Below, piece by piece: positions 28,451 to 38,895 of a DNA stretch of 64,000 nucleotides. The stretch is from positions 64,001 through 128,000 of the forward strand of contig JBEGVH010000020.1 of assembly GCA_041178425.1 (NCBI GenBank). Reading direction: 5' to 3'. The position numbers were made by a program, and so were the translations under genes. The DNA comes from Pseudomonadota bacterium. Its GTDB lineage: Bacteria; Bdellovibrionota; Bdellovibrionia; Bdellovibrionales; Bdellovibrionaceae. How positions within the stretch are numbered: position 1 is the stretch's first letter; every line of letters starts with the position of its first letter. Below the pieces are notes generated by a model that was not told the origin of the DNA, ran no database searches, and saw nothing but the letters and a program-made list of their open reading frames with translations.

Positions 28451-28984
28451 TTAGTCGCGGAATGGAACCTCCTGGCGAGCACCAAATCCTTTTTCCAGCA
28501 ACAAGAGCTGCTCTTTTATTGAATTCCCGCCTGAAAAACCTCCCAGGCTGCCATCAGCACGGATCACCCTATGACAGGGAATAAACAAACAAAGAGGGTT
28601 TTTACCAATCGCCGAACCAACAGCCCTGTTGGATCTAGGTGAGCCCATTCGCCTAGCCACTTCGGAGTAGGTGCAAACTTCACCAAATGGTATTTTAAGT
28701 AAGACTTCCCAAACCGTCACCTGAAAGTCTGTTCCTCTAATATCGAGTGGAAGCGTAAATTGCCTTCGGTCACCCTTTAAAAATTCATTAATCTGTGACT
28801 CAGCAACATTGAAGAGATAATCTATTCTAACAGGGTAATCATTACTCTGGGTGACTGAGGCACATGGCTCCCAAAAGCAATTTCTAATCCCTTCATTCGA
28901 AGCCACTAAGTAGAGTTCTCCAATGGAGGTGTTTATTTGTCTTTGGTAAAATTCCAACGTGTTCATCTCTCGATAGGGCCTCAC
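28451..28984 (-). CDS. ogt: methylated-DNA--protein-cysteine methyltransferase
   Basis: GTDFQVTVW, IPFGE, RAVGSA, IPCHRV. Confidence 0.93.
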   Translation of the reverse strand: MRPYREMNTLEFYQRQINTSIGELYLVASNEGIRNCFWEPCASVTQSNDYPVRIDYLFNVAESQINEFLKGDRRQFTLPLDIRGTDFQVTVWEVLLKIPFGEVCTYSEVARRMGSPRSNRAVGSAIGKNPLCLFIPCHRVIRADGSLGGFSGGNSIKEQLLLLEKGFGARQEVPFRD

Positions 28985-29072
28985 TCAAAAACAGCAACAC
29001 CGGGTAAAGATTAGACTAAGGCAACATTAATTCCACAGATTTTAATTTTACAATCACCCACAAGCCTAATTT

Positions 29073-29798
29073 ATGTTATACAACGTCAGTATGAAAATCC
29101 AAACTCCTAAAATCCCTAAAAAGTATCAACCCTATGGTTTTCAAATTATTCATGAAGACCTCGATATCATCGTGGGAAATAAATCACCCGGCGTACTCAC
29201 TGTTGCTGCTCTTTGGGAACGCGAAAAAACCGTTCATAACGCTTTAAATATTTATGTTCAAAAAGGGAATTCCCGATCAAAAAAACGCGTCTACGTCGTG
29301 CATCGCCTCGATCAGGCCACCTCTGGAGTTCTTGTTTTTGCTAAATCCGAAAAAGTGCAATTTTTCCTAAAAGATAACTGGTCTGAAACAGAAAAAATTT
29401 ATTACGCAATTGTACACGGCAAGCTGGAGCAAAAAAAAGGATTCATTGAAAGTTATCTTTCGGAAGATGATGATTATTTGATGCATTCAAGTTCGAACAG
29501 CAAGACTGGTAAATTCGCGAGAACTGAATATGAGGTCGTCAAAGAAAATGGACGCTACAGCCTCGTGAAAGTGAACTTAATCACCGGAAAGAAAAATCAA
29601 ATCCGAGTGCATTTGTCTGAGCTTGGAAATCCGATCGTGGGCGACCCCAAGTACGGAAAATCCGGCGATAAATGTAAAGACTTGATGCTGCATTCGTATT
29701 CGTTGGAAATCAATCACCCCTTCACAAAAGAACGGGTGTGTTTTGAGGCCCCTGTGCCTCATTACTTTCAAAAGCTCGTGGACTATAACTACGGATAA
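29073..29798 (+). CDS. RluA-family pseudouridine synthase
   Basis: VHRLDQATSG, TGKKNQIRVH, PIVGDPKYG. Confidence 0.92.
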   Translation: MLYNVSMKIQTPKIPKKYQPYGFQIIHEDLDIIVGNKSPGVLTVAALWEREKTVHNALNIYVQKGNSRSKKRVYVVHRLDQATSGVLVFAKSEKVQFFLKDNWSETEKIYYAIVHGKLEQKKGFIESYLSEDDDYLMHSSSNSKTGKFARTEYEVVKENGRYSLVKVNLITGKKNQIRVHLSELGNPIVGDPKYGKSGDKCKDLMLHSYSLEINHPFTKERVCFEAPVPHYFQKLVDYNYG

Positions 29799-29838
29799 TT
29801 AAGAGACCACCAAGACCCCATAAGTTGTAAAAGCGCAC

Positions 29839-31350
29839 TCAGGTGGCTCTTTTCATTTTTCCATCGGTAACGAAACCTCCCAGAAAAGCTTGTTGGCCAA
29901 GCCTAAAGAAATGATAGGAATTGAGCGTCAGGCATACCAGGGCCAAAATCATAAAGGTGTGCGAACGATTCCAAAGATCATCAAAAAGAGTCTCCTGAAG
30001 AAAAAACTGCAAGCTGCCAGGAGATGCCGTTAAAGAGATGCAGCAAGCTAGATACAGTAAATGTCTCCGAGGGCGTATCGCCGCCTGCCCTAAATAGATA
30101 TCTCCAGCATGAGCCCCCTCTCCTATCCAAATTTTGAGTGCAGGCCATAGCGCATATATAACACCACCCAAAAAAATGAACGAGGAAATTAAATAAGTCT
30201 CTTCTATTAGATCGATATAAAATAAATGAATCGAACTAAGAACTAGAACCTGAGAAAGAATCAAAAAAACAATCTGTTGTTTCATTTTTACCCTCGGCAC
30301 GGCAAATTCGTAAATTGCGAGGAGCGTACTCAAAAAGAGGATTAAATATTCCCAGTGAAAGGTTCCATGCCAGAGATGTTTGATAACAAAGAAAACAGAC
30401 GTGCCTCCAAAAAAAACCAAGCTTGCATTACGAATGAGAATAAATAATCGATCGAGGTAAAATCCATTGAACGCATGAAAATAAATGCTCGTTGGCAATC
30501 TTTTGAATAAAGACCCTAATAAATCACTACGGCCATGATGCTCTTCGCGAAAAAAGTCTTCAAAGAAGCTCGCAGAGCGCAGATAGTTCCAAGTTCTCAA
30601 TACATTGTGGCCAACAATATGCCACAAGGCAAAGCTATGCCAACCTAAAGCAATTTCCATAAATATCAGTCCCACTTGTGAGATCGAGGCAAACGCAAAG
30701 GAGGTTTTTACATCACTCCGGCTCGATCCGACCAATAGGCCATAAATCGCACTCGTAAAACCAATTAAGCCCAAAAAAATCCTCAAAGAGGGGACGGAGT
30801 CCCAAAGGGACGCATGTTGGATCAATAAAAAGGCTCCCAGATGCAAAGATAGGCCGCCGTAGAATACGGTGCTCGAAGGAGTTGGCCCCTCCAAGGCACG
30901 ATAAAGCCAAGAAGAAAATGGAAATTGAGCACTTTTTCCGAGGGTTGCAATAATCAAACTGAGCCCCGCTAACTCATGCTGTTTGGCCTCTTCAAAGAAG
31001 ATCGCTAATACAAAAAAGATATCGCACATTTTGTAATTGGCGAGTGCAATAAGAGAATTTTCTAAACTTCTCACATTCGTCTGATAAAAACCGATCAGAA
31101 AAAATGACGCCAATCCTACCATTTCCCAGCCAATAAAAAATGTCTCTAAGTTTCCGGCGACCGCACAAAGAATAATACCCAAAGAAAAAAGAGTAAAAAG
31201 CATCCAATAACGTAAAACTCCGCGCTCGTGATCAAGATAGTTTTTAGAAAATTTACCAACTACGGCCAGAGTAAATACACTCAGCGCTAAAAAAATAGGG
31301 CCAGCACCATGAAGAGCTAAACTGTATTTACTGAGTAAGTGCCATTGCAT
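29839..31350 (-). CDS. dabB: DabB/MpsA-like proton-conducting membrane subunit (NuoL-like)
   Basis: FIGWEMVGLASFFLIGF, KSAQFPFSSWL..EGPTPSS; adjacent to the DUF2309 gene. Confidence 0.8.
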   Translation of the reverse strand: MQWHLLSKYSLALHGAGPIFLALSVFTLAVVGKFSKNYLDHERGVLRYWMLFTLFSLGIILCAVAGNLETFFIGWEMVGLASFFLIGFYQTNVRSLENSLIALANYKMCDIFFVLAIFFEEAKQHELAGLSLIIATLGKSAQFPFSSWLYRALEGPTPSSTVFYGGLSLHLGAFLLIQHASLWDSVPSLRIFLGLIGFTSAIYGLLVGSSRSDVKTSFAFASISQVGLIFMEIALGWHSFALWHIVGHNVLRTWNYLRSASFFEDFFREEHHGRSDLLGSLFKRLPTSIYFHAFNGFYLDRLFILIRNASLVFFGGTSVFFVIKHLWHGTFHWEYLILFLSTLLAIYEFAVPRVKMKQQIVFLILSQVLVLSSIHLFYIDLIEETYLISSFIFLGGVIYALWPALKIWIGEGAHAGDIYLGQAAIRPRRHLLYLACCISLTASPGSLQFFLQETLFDDLWNRSHTFMILALVCLTLNSYHFFRLGQQAFLGGFVTDGKMKRAT

Positions 31351-33586
31351 TTTTTAACTCCTCAGTGATTACGTCAAAATCTAGTGTCTTAGGGTCGATA
31401 CGAACCAAGTGAATCCAATTGTTATTTATGAGGTTTTGCAAACGAGCAGATTTTTGAATTACTTTTTGAAGGTTATTGGCCTCACAAAAAACAAAAGCAA
31501 GAAGTCGTAAGGGTTCGTGCTGGTCTACCATTTGAGTGGCTAACCCAATCTGAAGATCTCCTTTTGATCCGTGCATTAATCCGATTCCCGATGCAATGTT
31601 GAGCGGTAACTTACTGCCAGCGCCAAAGACCTTCGGAAAAGCACTCGAAGTAAAATAATCTAGATTAATGTTCGCACAAACAGGAAGCGCACTCAAAATA
31701 TCATAGGCAAGATTTTCACCACCTGGATCATTTTCAGGTTCGTAAGAAATTAAGAAGGCTCTTCTCTTCAAGTCTAAATCTTGCGTCAACCACCGGGGTC
31801 CAAACACACTCAATGCCACTCCGGTATGACCGAATTCTGGTCGAGGCTGAGACCAATCAAGGGACCGAGAAGTGGAATCAGCTGACGACTTTATTCGAAA
31901 TTGCCTCCAGCGCTCCGATGCATTAATTTCAAGGGCCTTTTTCATATCGTTACCAAACTTAATAAAGATCTCTTGATAATCTGAAAGTCGCTGATCTGAA
32001 CTAGGCGCATAAAAAACTTTATCAGAACAGGTGTCATGACAACATGCCAAAAATAGGGTGGAATCACTAATCAAAATTCCTCGCGATTTTAGCTCTGATC
32101 GCACTTGAGGATCGTTGGCAAATTCGGCGAAAACTTTGGCATTAGCAAAGCCCGATTGCCCGCTGCAAGCGCCACAACCATAAGATTTTTGAAACGGATT
32201 ATTAGTTGTCGTCGCCGCATGGCCAAGCACCATAACTAGGTTTGACTGGACGATATTCATGCCAGCCCCACCCAAAATATCCCTTACCAAGTCGGCTTTC
32301 TCAGAAAGAGTGTAGCCTTCGATAAAGCGAATTAAGTTATGCCCTTTCATAGGGTTATCGTAACGGAGCCAATCTCTGATTTGGCTATAGGTGGTAGGCA
32401 TGAAAGACCGCAACCAAAGGGCCACCATATAAAAGGGCCAAAAAAGAAACGACAAGAACGGCTCTATGGGAGTAAAGCGACTTTCATTGAGATGAGGAAT
32501 AAATTTTCTCACTTTATTTAAAAACGCATTATCACCCTCAGGTACAATTTCCTCCGCCCTCTTTCTAGGGGTTACCACAGGTGGGCATTGAGGCTGAAAA
32601 ATCACGTGCCCTGGTCTCTTTAACAGAAAATCGACTCCAAAAAAACCAACGGTTCCAAAGGTTTCATAACTTGGTTCAACCTTCTCCAGGGCGCGCCGCA
32701 GAGATTCCTCTCGATCATCGATACAAAATAGAATTTGCACGGCAGGCGCGAATTTCGAATTGTTCCGCTCAGTCATGCGACGCTGTTCTTGAGCAACTAT
32801 GTGAGAATGAACCTGAGAGATTGTCTTTCTATAAAATTCGATTTCGCTTCTGCGTATTTTTTCAATTCGCTTATTAATTGTTTCTTTTCTTCTCGGAAGC
32901 CGATTGAAATCCCAGATTCGCTGCCCACTTAACTGTTTTTTCTGCCTCAGTGCTTCTTCGGCGGTTATTAGCATGGCAACCCAATCCATTAGAAGAATAT
33001 CGTACTTTTGAATCGGAAAAACTTTTGGATTACACTCGAGAACCTGAATCATCCCACTCCAACCCTTGAAGTGAAAAATTAAAGCTTGTAAATGATTCGC
33101 CCAATCCTCTTTTCTGATAGCCATTCGAGATAAGCACATCGCTATAACCTCAACAGGCGATTGAGTTGTTAGCCGTTCAAGATCTTTCTTTAATGGCGGC
33201 AAAGCTTTCGACTTCAATGACCAGCTTGTTTTTATGTACTCACAATACCAATCCCACAGCCCTTTTTTCTTGCTGGGCACAATCCAACGATTCAAACCTT
33301 GGTCAAAGTAAGAAATCACTAATGGAATAACAAAGTCTTCTAGATCTCTCCAAATAACCCGAGTCTTTACTTCAATGGCATTTTCATACGTCAAAACCGC
33401 TTTTTCTAATCCCTCGCGAAAAGAGTAACGCTCCCAATACATAAGTGGATTATTATGCACAAAGAATGGCATCGGGTTCTGAATAGGAAGAAGGGGCCGA
33501 AAAGAATTGATAACATCTTCGATGGTCTGGAGATCAGATTTTCGCTCGGCCTGTTCCGTAAGATCTATCGACTGCATACCGATCAA
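31328..33586 (-). CDS. dabA: DabA/MpsB (DUF2309) inorganic carbon transporter subunit
   Basis: FVHNNPL, FCIDDREESLRRALE, GFFG, VLGH, CGACSG, HDT, DWSQPRPEFG, INLDYF, HEPLRL. Confidence 0.9.
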   Translation of the reverse strand: MIGMQSIDLTEQAERKSDLQTIEDVINSFRPLLPIQNPMPFFVHNNPLMYWERYSFREGLEKAVLTYENAIEVKTRVIWRDLEDFVIPLVISYFDQGLNRWIVPSKKKGLWDWYCEYIKTSWSLKSKALPPLKKDLERLTTQSPVEVIAMCLSRMAIRKEDWANHLQALIFHFKGWSGMIQVLECNPKVFPIQKYDILLMDWVAMLITAEEALRQKKQLSGQRIWDFNRLPRRKETINKRIEKIRRSEIEFYRKTISQVHSHIVAQEQRRMTERNNSKFAPAVQILFCIDDREESLRRALEKVEPSYETFGTVGFFGVDFLLKRPGHVIFQPQCPPVVTPRKRAEEIVPEGDNAFLNKVRKFIPHLNESRFTPIEPFLSFLFWPFYMVALWLRSFMPTTYSQIRDWLRYDNPMKGHNLIRFIEGYTLSEKADLVRDILGGAGMNIVQSNLVMVLGHAATTTNNPFQKSYGCGACSGQSGFANAKVFAEFANDPQVRSELKSRGILISDSTLFLACCHDTCSDKVFYAPSSDQRLSDYQEIFIKFGNDMKKALEINASERWRQFRIKSSADSTSRSLDWSQPRPEFGHTGVALSVFGPRWLTQDLDLKRRAFLISYEPENDPGGENLAYDILSALPVCANINLDYFTSSAFPKVFGAGSKLPLNIASGIGLMHGSKGDLQIGLATQMVDQHEPLRLLAFVFCEANNLQKVIQKSARLQNLINNNWIHLVRIDPKTLDFDVITEELKNAMALTQ

Positions 33587-33597
33587 GCTCCCTTCAA

Positions 33598-35166
33598 TTA
33601 CTTGTTTGCTTCACTTACTTGAAGGTCTTGGCCGTCTTTGAGTGGTGATCTCAAATTTAATTTATCTCCTGACTTATGTTCCTTTAAATTGCCTTTTAAT
33701 GAGTCTAAATTCTTCCATAATTTTTCGAGCTGCTCTTTCTTCACTTGCCCACCCGACTTCTCATAGCCCTCTTTCCATGAACGAAGTGCTTCTAATGAGG
33801 CGTGGTCGAGGTGATCAATATCAAGAACAAGATCGAGGATCCTGTTTTTCGGAAGTGCATCTAGTTGCCGAATAAGGCTGGGGACCCCTAAAAATGTCAG
33901 GGATCCAGTCACAGTCACTTGAATTGAAGTCTCATGATCTTCAACGTTCATATCAAATTGGCTCATTTTAATAATCAACATGAGAACCGTTAAGCCAAAC
34001 CCGATACCGATACCCCAAAGAAGGTTAATGAACACAACCCCAGCGAGGGTAACAAAGTAAACTAATGCCTCATTGAACTTCATTAGGTGTTTGATCTCTT
34101 GCAGTTTAACGAGATTAATTCCCGTGAAGATTAAAAGCCCTGCTAGTACCGCCAAAGGAATGTAAGACAAATAGTTTGCCATGAATGTAGCAAACAACAA
34201 AAGCCAAATTCCATGGAGGATTGCCGAACCCTTAGAAACTGCACCAGCATTTATATTGGCTGAACTTCGCACAATGACCCCCGTTACAGGGAGGCCCCCG
34301 AGAAGCCCCGAAAGGGCATTCGCAACCCCTTGACCAAAAAGTTCCCGATTGAGATTGGCTCGTGTACCAGCGTGTAACTTGTCAGTTGCAACGGCGCAAA
34401 GAAGTGACTCTGCGCTGGCAACAATGGTTAAGGCGATAGCTGAAAGAACAATACCCGATAGTTCACCCATTGATAGATGGGGAAGGTTAATTGAATCGAA
34501 AAGGTTCGCACTAATATTAACTTTAGGAACATCCATTGAAAAGACATAGGCAACCGTAGTACCGACAATGACTGCGACTAAAGAACCCGGAACGAATTTA
34601 ATCTTCTTTCCAACAAATCTATTCCAAGACCACAGAATACCCAAGGTAAGCAATCCCAGTACGAGTGCCTGGTTATTGCGATCCATGAAAGCATGTGGTA
34701 AGCCGGCCAAATTAAGAAGGGCAGACCCTTTGGGGGCAGCCCCCAAGAGCACATATGTTTGCCCTAGCACGATTAAAACACCTATCCCCGCAAGCATTGC
34801 CTCTATGACACTCGGAGAAATCGCCAAGGTTAATTGCCCGACCCCAAGAAAACCTAGTATTACCTGCATCAAACCAGCAAGTATGGTGATTGTGCAAGTC
34901 GCCTGAAATCCAAATTTTTGAATAAACCCAAAGACCATCACCGTTAGCCCCGCCGCGGGCCCGCTCACCTGTAGTGGGGCACCTCCAAACACACCAACCA
35001 CAATACCGCCAACGACGGCCGCAATCAGACCCGCCTTGATTGGTGCCCCTGACGCTAAAGCGATACCAAGTGACAATGGAAGAGCTATCAAAAATACCAC
35101 CAAGGAAGCAGGAATATCTACCTTCAAACTTCTGAAAAAGTTCACTTTTGATCCCTCAATGAACAA
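33598..35166 (-). CDS. SulP/SLC26 anion (bicarbonate/sulfate) permease
   Basis: VVFLIALPLSLGIALASG, QVSGPAAGL, GGLPVTGVIVRSSAN, short STAS-like tail; true start may be GTG ~35145. Confidence 0.92.
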   Translation of the reverse strand: MFIEGSKVNFFRSLKVDIPASLVVFLIALPLSLGIALASGAPIKAGLIAAVVGGIVVGVFGGAPLQVSGPAAGLTVMVFGFIQKFGFQATCTITILAGLMQVILGFLGVGQLTLAISPSVIEAMLAGIGVLIVLGQTYVLLGAAPKGSALLNLAGLPHAFMDRNNQALVLGLLTLGILWSWNRFVGKKIKFVPGSLVAVIVGTTVAYVFSMDVPKVNISANLFDSINLPHLSMGELSGIVLSAIALTIVASAESLLCAVATDKLHAGTRANLNRELFGQGVANALSGLLGGLPVTGVIVRSSANINAGAVSKGSAILHGIWLLLFATFMANYLSYIPLAVLAGLLIFTGINLVKLQEIKHLMKFNEALVYFVTLAGVVFINLLWGIGIGFGLTVLMLIIKMSQFDMNVEDHETSIQVTVTGSLTFLGVPSLIRQLDALPKNRILDLVLDIDHLDHASLEALRSWKEGYEKSGGQVKKEQLEKLWKNLDSLKGNLKEHKSGDKLNLRSPLKDGQDLQVSEANK

Positions 35167-35565
35167 AAAAACTTATCTCAATCCATCATCGTAAAACCCA
35201 TTGAATCCAGATTCACAATTGACGATGGCGACCTAGGTAAGAACCCATTTTTTGTTCGGTTAAATTGTGTTTGTTTAAAAAAGCACCGAAAGCGCTTTAA
35301 AATAACTTAATAAATTTGTCTTAAAACAACATGAAAAACAGATTAAAAATTTTTAATGATCCGCCACCCTTCGCCAAAAATCCGCTCGCCCGATGGCATA
35401 GGAAGGCCTAGACCAGACCTTTTTAGACAATAATACATGTGAAAGCCATGATGACCTTGTTTTCGTTGAGTTTTTCAACACTTTAAATAAACTTAAGTTA
35501 GTTCTCCTTTACGGTTAGACTTCAATTTGAAGGAACGGATTCGTTCTGAATTTTAAATTTTAGGA

Positions 35566-36249
35566 GTGCCTGGTTTGCGAATTTTAGTTCTAGAGGACCA
35601 AAAGAAAACTATTGATTTCGTTGAAAAGGGTCTGAAATCTGCAGGGTATGCGGTAGATTGCTTTCTCCACCCGTCATCTGCCGAAGAAGCCCTTGCTGCG
35701 AATGAATATGACCTTCTCATCGTAGATATCAACCTCCCTGAAAAATCGGGTTGGGATTTTATTAGGCAAGCACGACAAGAAAAATATGAAGGTATCATCC
35801 TCATATTGACTGCTTTTTCAACGACCGACGATAAAGTCAGAGGCCTTGATGTCGGCGCCGACGATTACATGACAAAGCCTTTTTCGATCGACGAATTGTT
35901 GGCGAGAGTAAGGGCCCACCTTCGAAGGATCGGAAAGTCGGCCAAGGGTAGCCGATTGATTTTTGCCGATCTAGAAATCGACCTTGTCACAAGAAAGGTA
36001 AGTCGTAGTGGCAGTCTTATTAACCTCTCCCAAAAAGAATTCGCTCTACTGGAATATTTTATGCGCAATCCAGAACGCCCTCTATCGAGGCCACAAATCT
36101 CAGAGCATGTTTGGAATATTGACTTTGAAACAGGAACAAATGTAATTGACGTTTACGTGAATCACCTACGAAAGAAACTTGAAAGTCCAAATCTACCTAG
36201 ACTCATTCACACGGTCACTGGCATCGGCTATGAATTACGCAAAGATTAA
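35566..36249 (+). CDS. OmpR/PhoB-family response regulator
   Basis: ILVLED, VDINLP, GADDYMTKPF, NVIDVYVNHLRKK, HTVTGIGY. Confidence 0.95.
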   Translation: MPGLRILVLEDQKKTIDFVEKGLKSAGYAVDCFLHPSSAEEALAANEYDLLIVDINLPEKSGWDFIRQARQEKYEGIILILTAFSTTDDKVRGLDVGADDYMTKPFSIDELLARVRAHLRRIGKSAKGSRLIFADLEIDLVTRKVSRSGSLINLSQKEFALLEYFMRNPERPLSRPQISEHVWNIDFETGTNVIDVYVNHLRKKLESPNLPRLIHTVTGIGYELRKD

Positions 36250-37669
36250 TCGCGCATGGGATCTCCTTGGCTTTCAACAAAGACTGACCATCTGCCTTAG
36301 CGGAGTTTTTGCGGTCATATTGGCGATCGGCTATTGGTCTCTTTTTCTTGAATTTCAGGGTGAGCTTCAAAACGACTTTGATCGCTCCCTTTATAATTAC
36401 GCCAGCGATCTATCGCAAAATGCACACCTCAATGGAGGAGAGGTGGCAGACCTTCCTATGGAAGTCATTTTTGGAGCAGATAAGATCTTTCCGTTTCCAC
36501 ATGGAGATAGCCTAGTAAAAATCTATCATCTTCCCTCGACCGAACTATTTTCGTTTACGACAGACCACGATGCTCCAAAAAACTTAGAAATGCTAACAGC
36601 TTTCCTTAAAGAAAAAAAGGAGCGTCGCTTTTTCGACTTAAAATCTGAGGGCGGTCACCCTTGGCGAGCGATACTGATGCAATTTAACAAAGATCCCAAA
36701 AAAGAAATCTACTTTTTTGTCGCCGTCCCAAGAGAGACCCTCACCCATCAAGAAACTAAATTTAGATCTATATTTATTGCCGGCCAAATTATTATTCTCG
36801 CACTCTCTGCACTCATGATTAATGTGCTTGCAAAGAGTCTTCTTGCCTCCCTCGCAAGAATGACTACTAATATTCACAGCATGCCAATTAATACCTCAAA
36901 CTTTTCTTTCGAGGTACCGAGTGGCCCCCCCGAAATTACTCTCTTTGCAGAGCTTCTCAATCGATTAATTGGCCAAATTCAAAAGAGTTTACTTGCACAT
37001 CAAGAATTTGTGGCAAAGGCTGCCCATCAACTAAAAACACCTTTAACAATTGCTAAGGGACATCTCGAACACATTGAGAAATCTTTACCTCTCAAACACC
37101 TAAATGATATTAAAGTTGTTCATGATGAAATCGACATTATGTCGGGAACCATAAATAATCTCCTAACCCTTGTGCAAATTGAATCAGGCTTTCAAGGAAT
37201 TAGGCCTACCGAGGTCAATTTCCTCGATCATCTACTAGCGGAAGTGGATAGGCTCGATTACCTTGCTCGAAAAAAAGATTTAAAATTTCAAGTCGTATTA
37301 CAAGACCAGGATTTGAGTCCCGCGGCATGGGTCACTCAAATCGATCCGCAATTGCTATCAATAATTCTGACCAACCTCATTGAAAATGCCATCAAATATG
37401 CTAATCAGTCCCCTCTTGAGATTGATATTGCGAACGCCGATACAGCCTTCGTACTACAAATCAAAAATAAAACCAATTTACAAATGGCAGGGTCATCAAT
37501 ATTACAACTTAAGGAAAAATACATTCGAGGAAATGGACCCGAAACCGGCCAAGGCCTGGGGCTCTACATTGCCTACACCGTTGCCAACTTTTTGAATATA
37601 AAATTATCTATAGACCAGCAAGTGGACACTTTTATTGTAAATCTCCAAATACCGAAATCTCACACCTAG
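36230..37669 (+). CDS. sensor histidine kinase
   Basis: 2 TMs, AAHQLKTPLT (H-box), NLIENAIKY, GQGLGLYI; ATG 36230 overlaps the regulator. Confidence 0.92.
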   Translation: MNYAKINRAWDLLGFQQRLTICLSGVFAVILAIGYWSLFLEFQGELQNDFDRSLYNYASDLSQNAHLNGGEVADLPMEVIFGADKIFPFPHGDSLVKIYHLPSTELFSFTTDHDAPKNLEMLTAFLKEKKERRFFDLKSEGGHPWRAILMQFNKDPKKEIYFFVAVPRETLTHQETKFRSIFIAGQIIILALSALMINVLAKSLLASLARMTTNIHSMPINTSNFSFEVPSGPPEITLFAELLNRLIGQIQKSLLAHQEFVAKAAHQLKTPLTIAKGHLEHIEKSLPLKHLNDIKVVHDEIDIMSGTINNLLTLVQIESGFQGIRPTEVNFLDHLLAEVDRLDYLARKKDLKFQVVLQDQDLSPAAWVTQIDPQLLSIILTNLIENAIKYANQSPLEIDIANADTAFVLQIKNKTNLQMAGSSILQLKEKYIRGNGPETGQGLGLYIAYTVANFLNIKLSIDQQVDTFIVNLQIPKSHT

Positions 37670-37685
37670 AAAGACCTCACACCCT

Positions 37686-37946
37686 ATGAAAAAAACAAGT
37701 GTAAAAATCTATGTAACCAGCAATTGCCCTTTCTGCGTTCGAGCAAAACAATTTCTTCAGGCAAAGAATATTGATTTTGAACTCATCGATCTCACCAACG
37801 ACCCAGAGGCTTTGAAAACCCTAAAAGATAAAACTCACTGGAAGACAGTTCCCCAAATTTTTTTCGGCGAGACTTTTATTGGTGGTTACACAGACATGAT
37901 AAAGTTGGATGACGAGGGCAAATTGATTCCCTTATTGAATCAATGA
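37686..37946 (+). CDS. grxC: glutaredoxin 3-like
   Basis: CPFC, TVPQIF, IGGYTD. Confidence 0.88.
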   Translation: MKKTSVKIYVTSNCPFCVRAKQFLQAKNIDFELIDLTNDPEALKTLKDKTHWKTVPQIFFGETFIGGYTDMIKLDDEGKLIPLLNQ

Positions 37947-37948
37947 AG

Positions 37949-38698
37949 CTAATTCAATGGCCTGCGGGGCGACGAATTTGCAAGTCTATTTAGAAGCTCT
38001 CCCGTTCTTCCTCCCTGTGCCTCACATAATTTAAGGCCCTTTCTTAAAAGAAAGGCGGTAATTCTACCCATCTCAGCATCTTCATCTTCTTCGTCAACAC
38101 GAGTAGAGAGTTCCATCTGAAAGTTCCCATCATCGATCGGTATTGATTCTAGAGTAAACGAATAGGGATTTTCTCCCTCCAACTCCCAACGCTTGACCTC
38201 GATCGGACCCCACAGCGGAAGTGAATTTATCGATTGAAAAGAGGCGTCCAGGCCCATGATGTCGTTCAGTGCGGCGACTTGTCCTTTGGTGAATTTCTTT
38301 GATTCAATGCTCTTGTGAAAAAGATTGCAGGTAAACTTTCGACTCGAAAGATAACGATCCCACTCGCACACGTGATCAACTTTTTTAACGGCAGACCAAT
38401 TAACCTCGGATGGATCGCCAAACTTAAGCTTGATGGTCATTTTATTTTTTTTACTATCCTCAAGAATTCTGAATATGACCCCTTTTTTGAAGTACTGTAA
38501 GCTATTGGAATCACGAAAACTGAGGCCCCGAATGTCAGGAACTTCGGCCTCGTCATAACCAAGTTTGTTCAATGCCGCCAACTCATTTGCCTCACAAATT
38601 GACCATTGTAACTCAACCTCAAAAGCCAGAGCTGAGACTCGCGATAGACTAATTAGTAAAAGGACAAGTGCTAATTTTCTAATTTTACTACCCCTCAC
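37949..38698 (-). CDS. secreted hypothetical protein, possible CYTH-like fold
   Basis: Signal-like N-terminus; EVEL, IFRI, TIKLK, MELSTRV pattern. Confidence 0.55.
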   Translation of the reverse strand: MRGSKIRKLALVLLLISLSRVSALAFEVELQWSICEANELAALNKLGYDEAEVPDIRGLSFRDSNSLQYFKKGVIFRILEDSKKNKMTIKLKFGDPSEVNWSAVKKVDHVCEWDRYLSSRKFTCNLFHKSIESKKFTKGQVAALNDIMGLDASFQSINSLPLWGPIEVKRWELEGENPYSFTLESIPIDDGNFQMELSTRVDEEDEDAEMGRITAFLLRKGLKLCEAQGGRTGELLNRLANSSPRRPLN

Positions 38699-38895
38699 GT
38701 TAATGAAAAACCCCTCAGCCTAGTTTATTAATTGGCAACTCAAAATCAACTGAAGTAATATCAATTTTCTGTTATTTTTTAGACAAAGCGGCCACGAAAA
38801 GCCCTCAGCAAATCTATTGTATTCTAACTTTATCCATACTAACAATTTATCACCGCTTTTTCATATTTACTTTTACCGAAGAAATTTTTCATAAG

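Noticed and set aside
29839..33586. Complex I (nuoL) fragment or evidence of autotrophy
   Set aside because: No other nuo genes; pairing with DUF2309 indicates DAB; no RuBisCO or carboxysome genes in the window.
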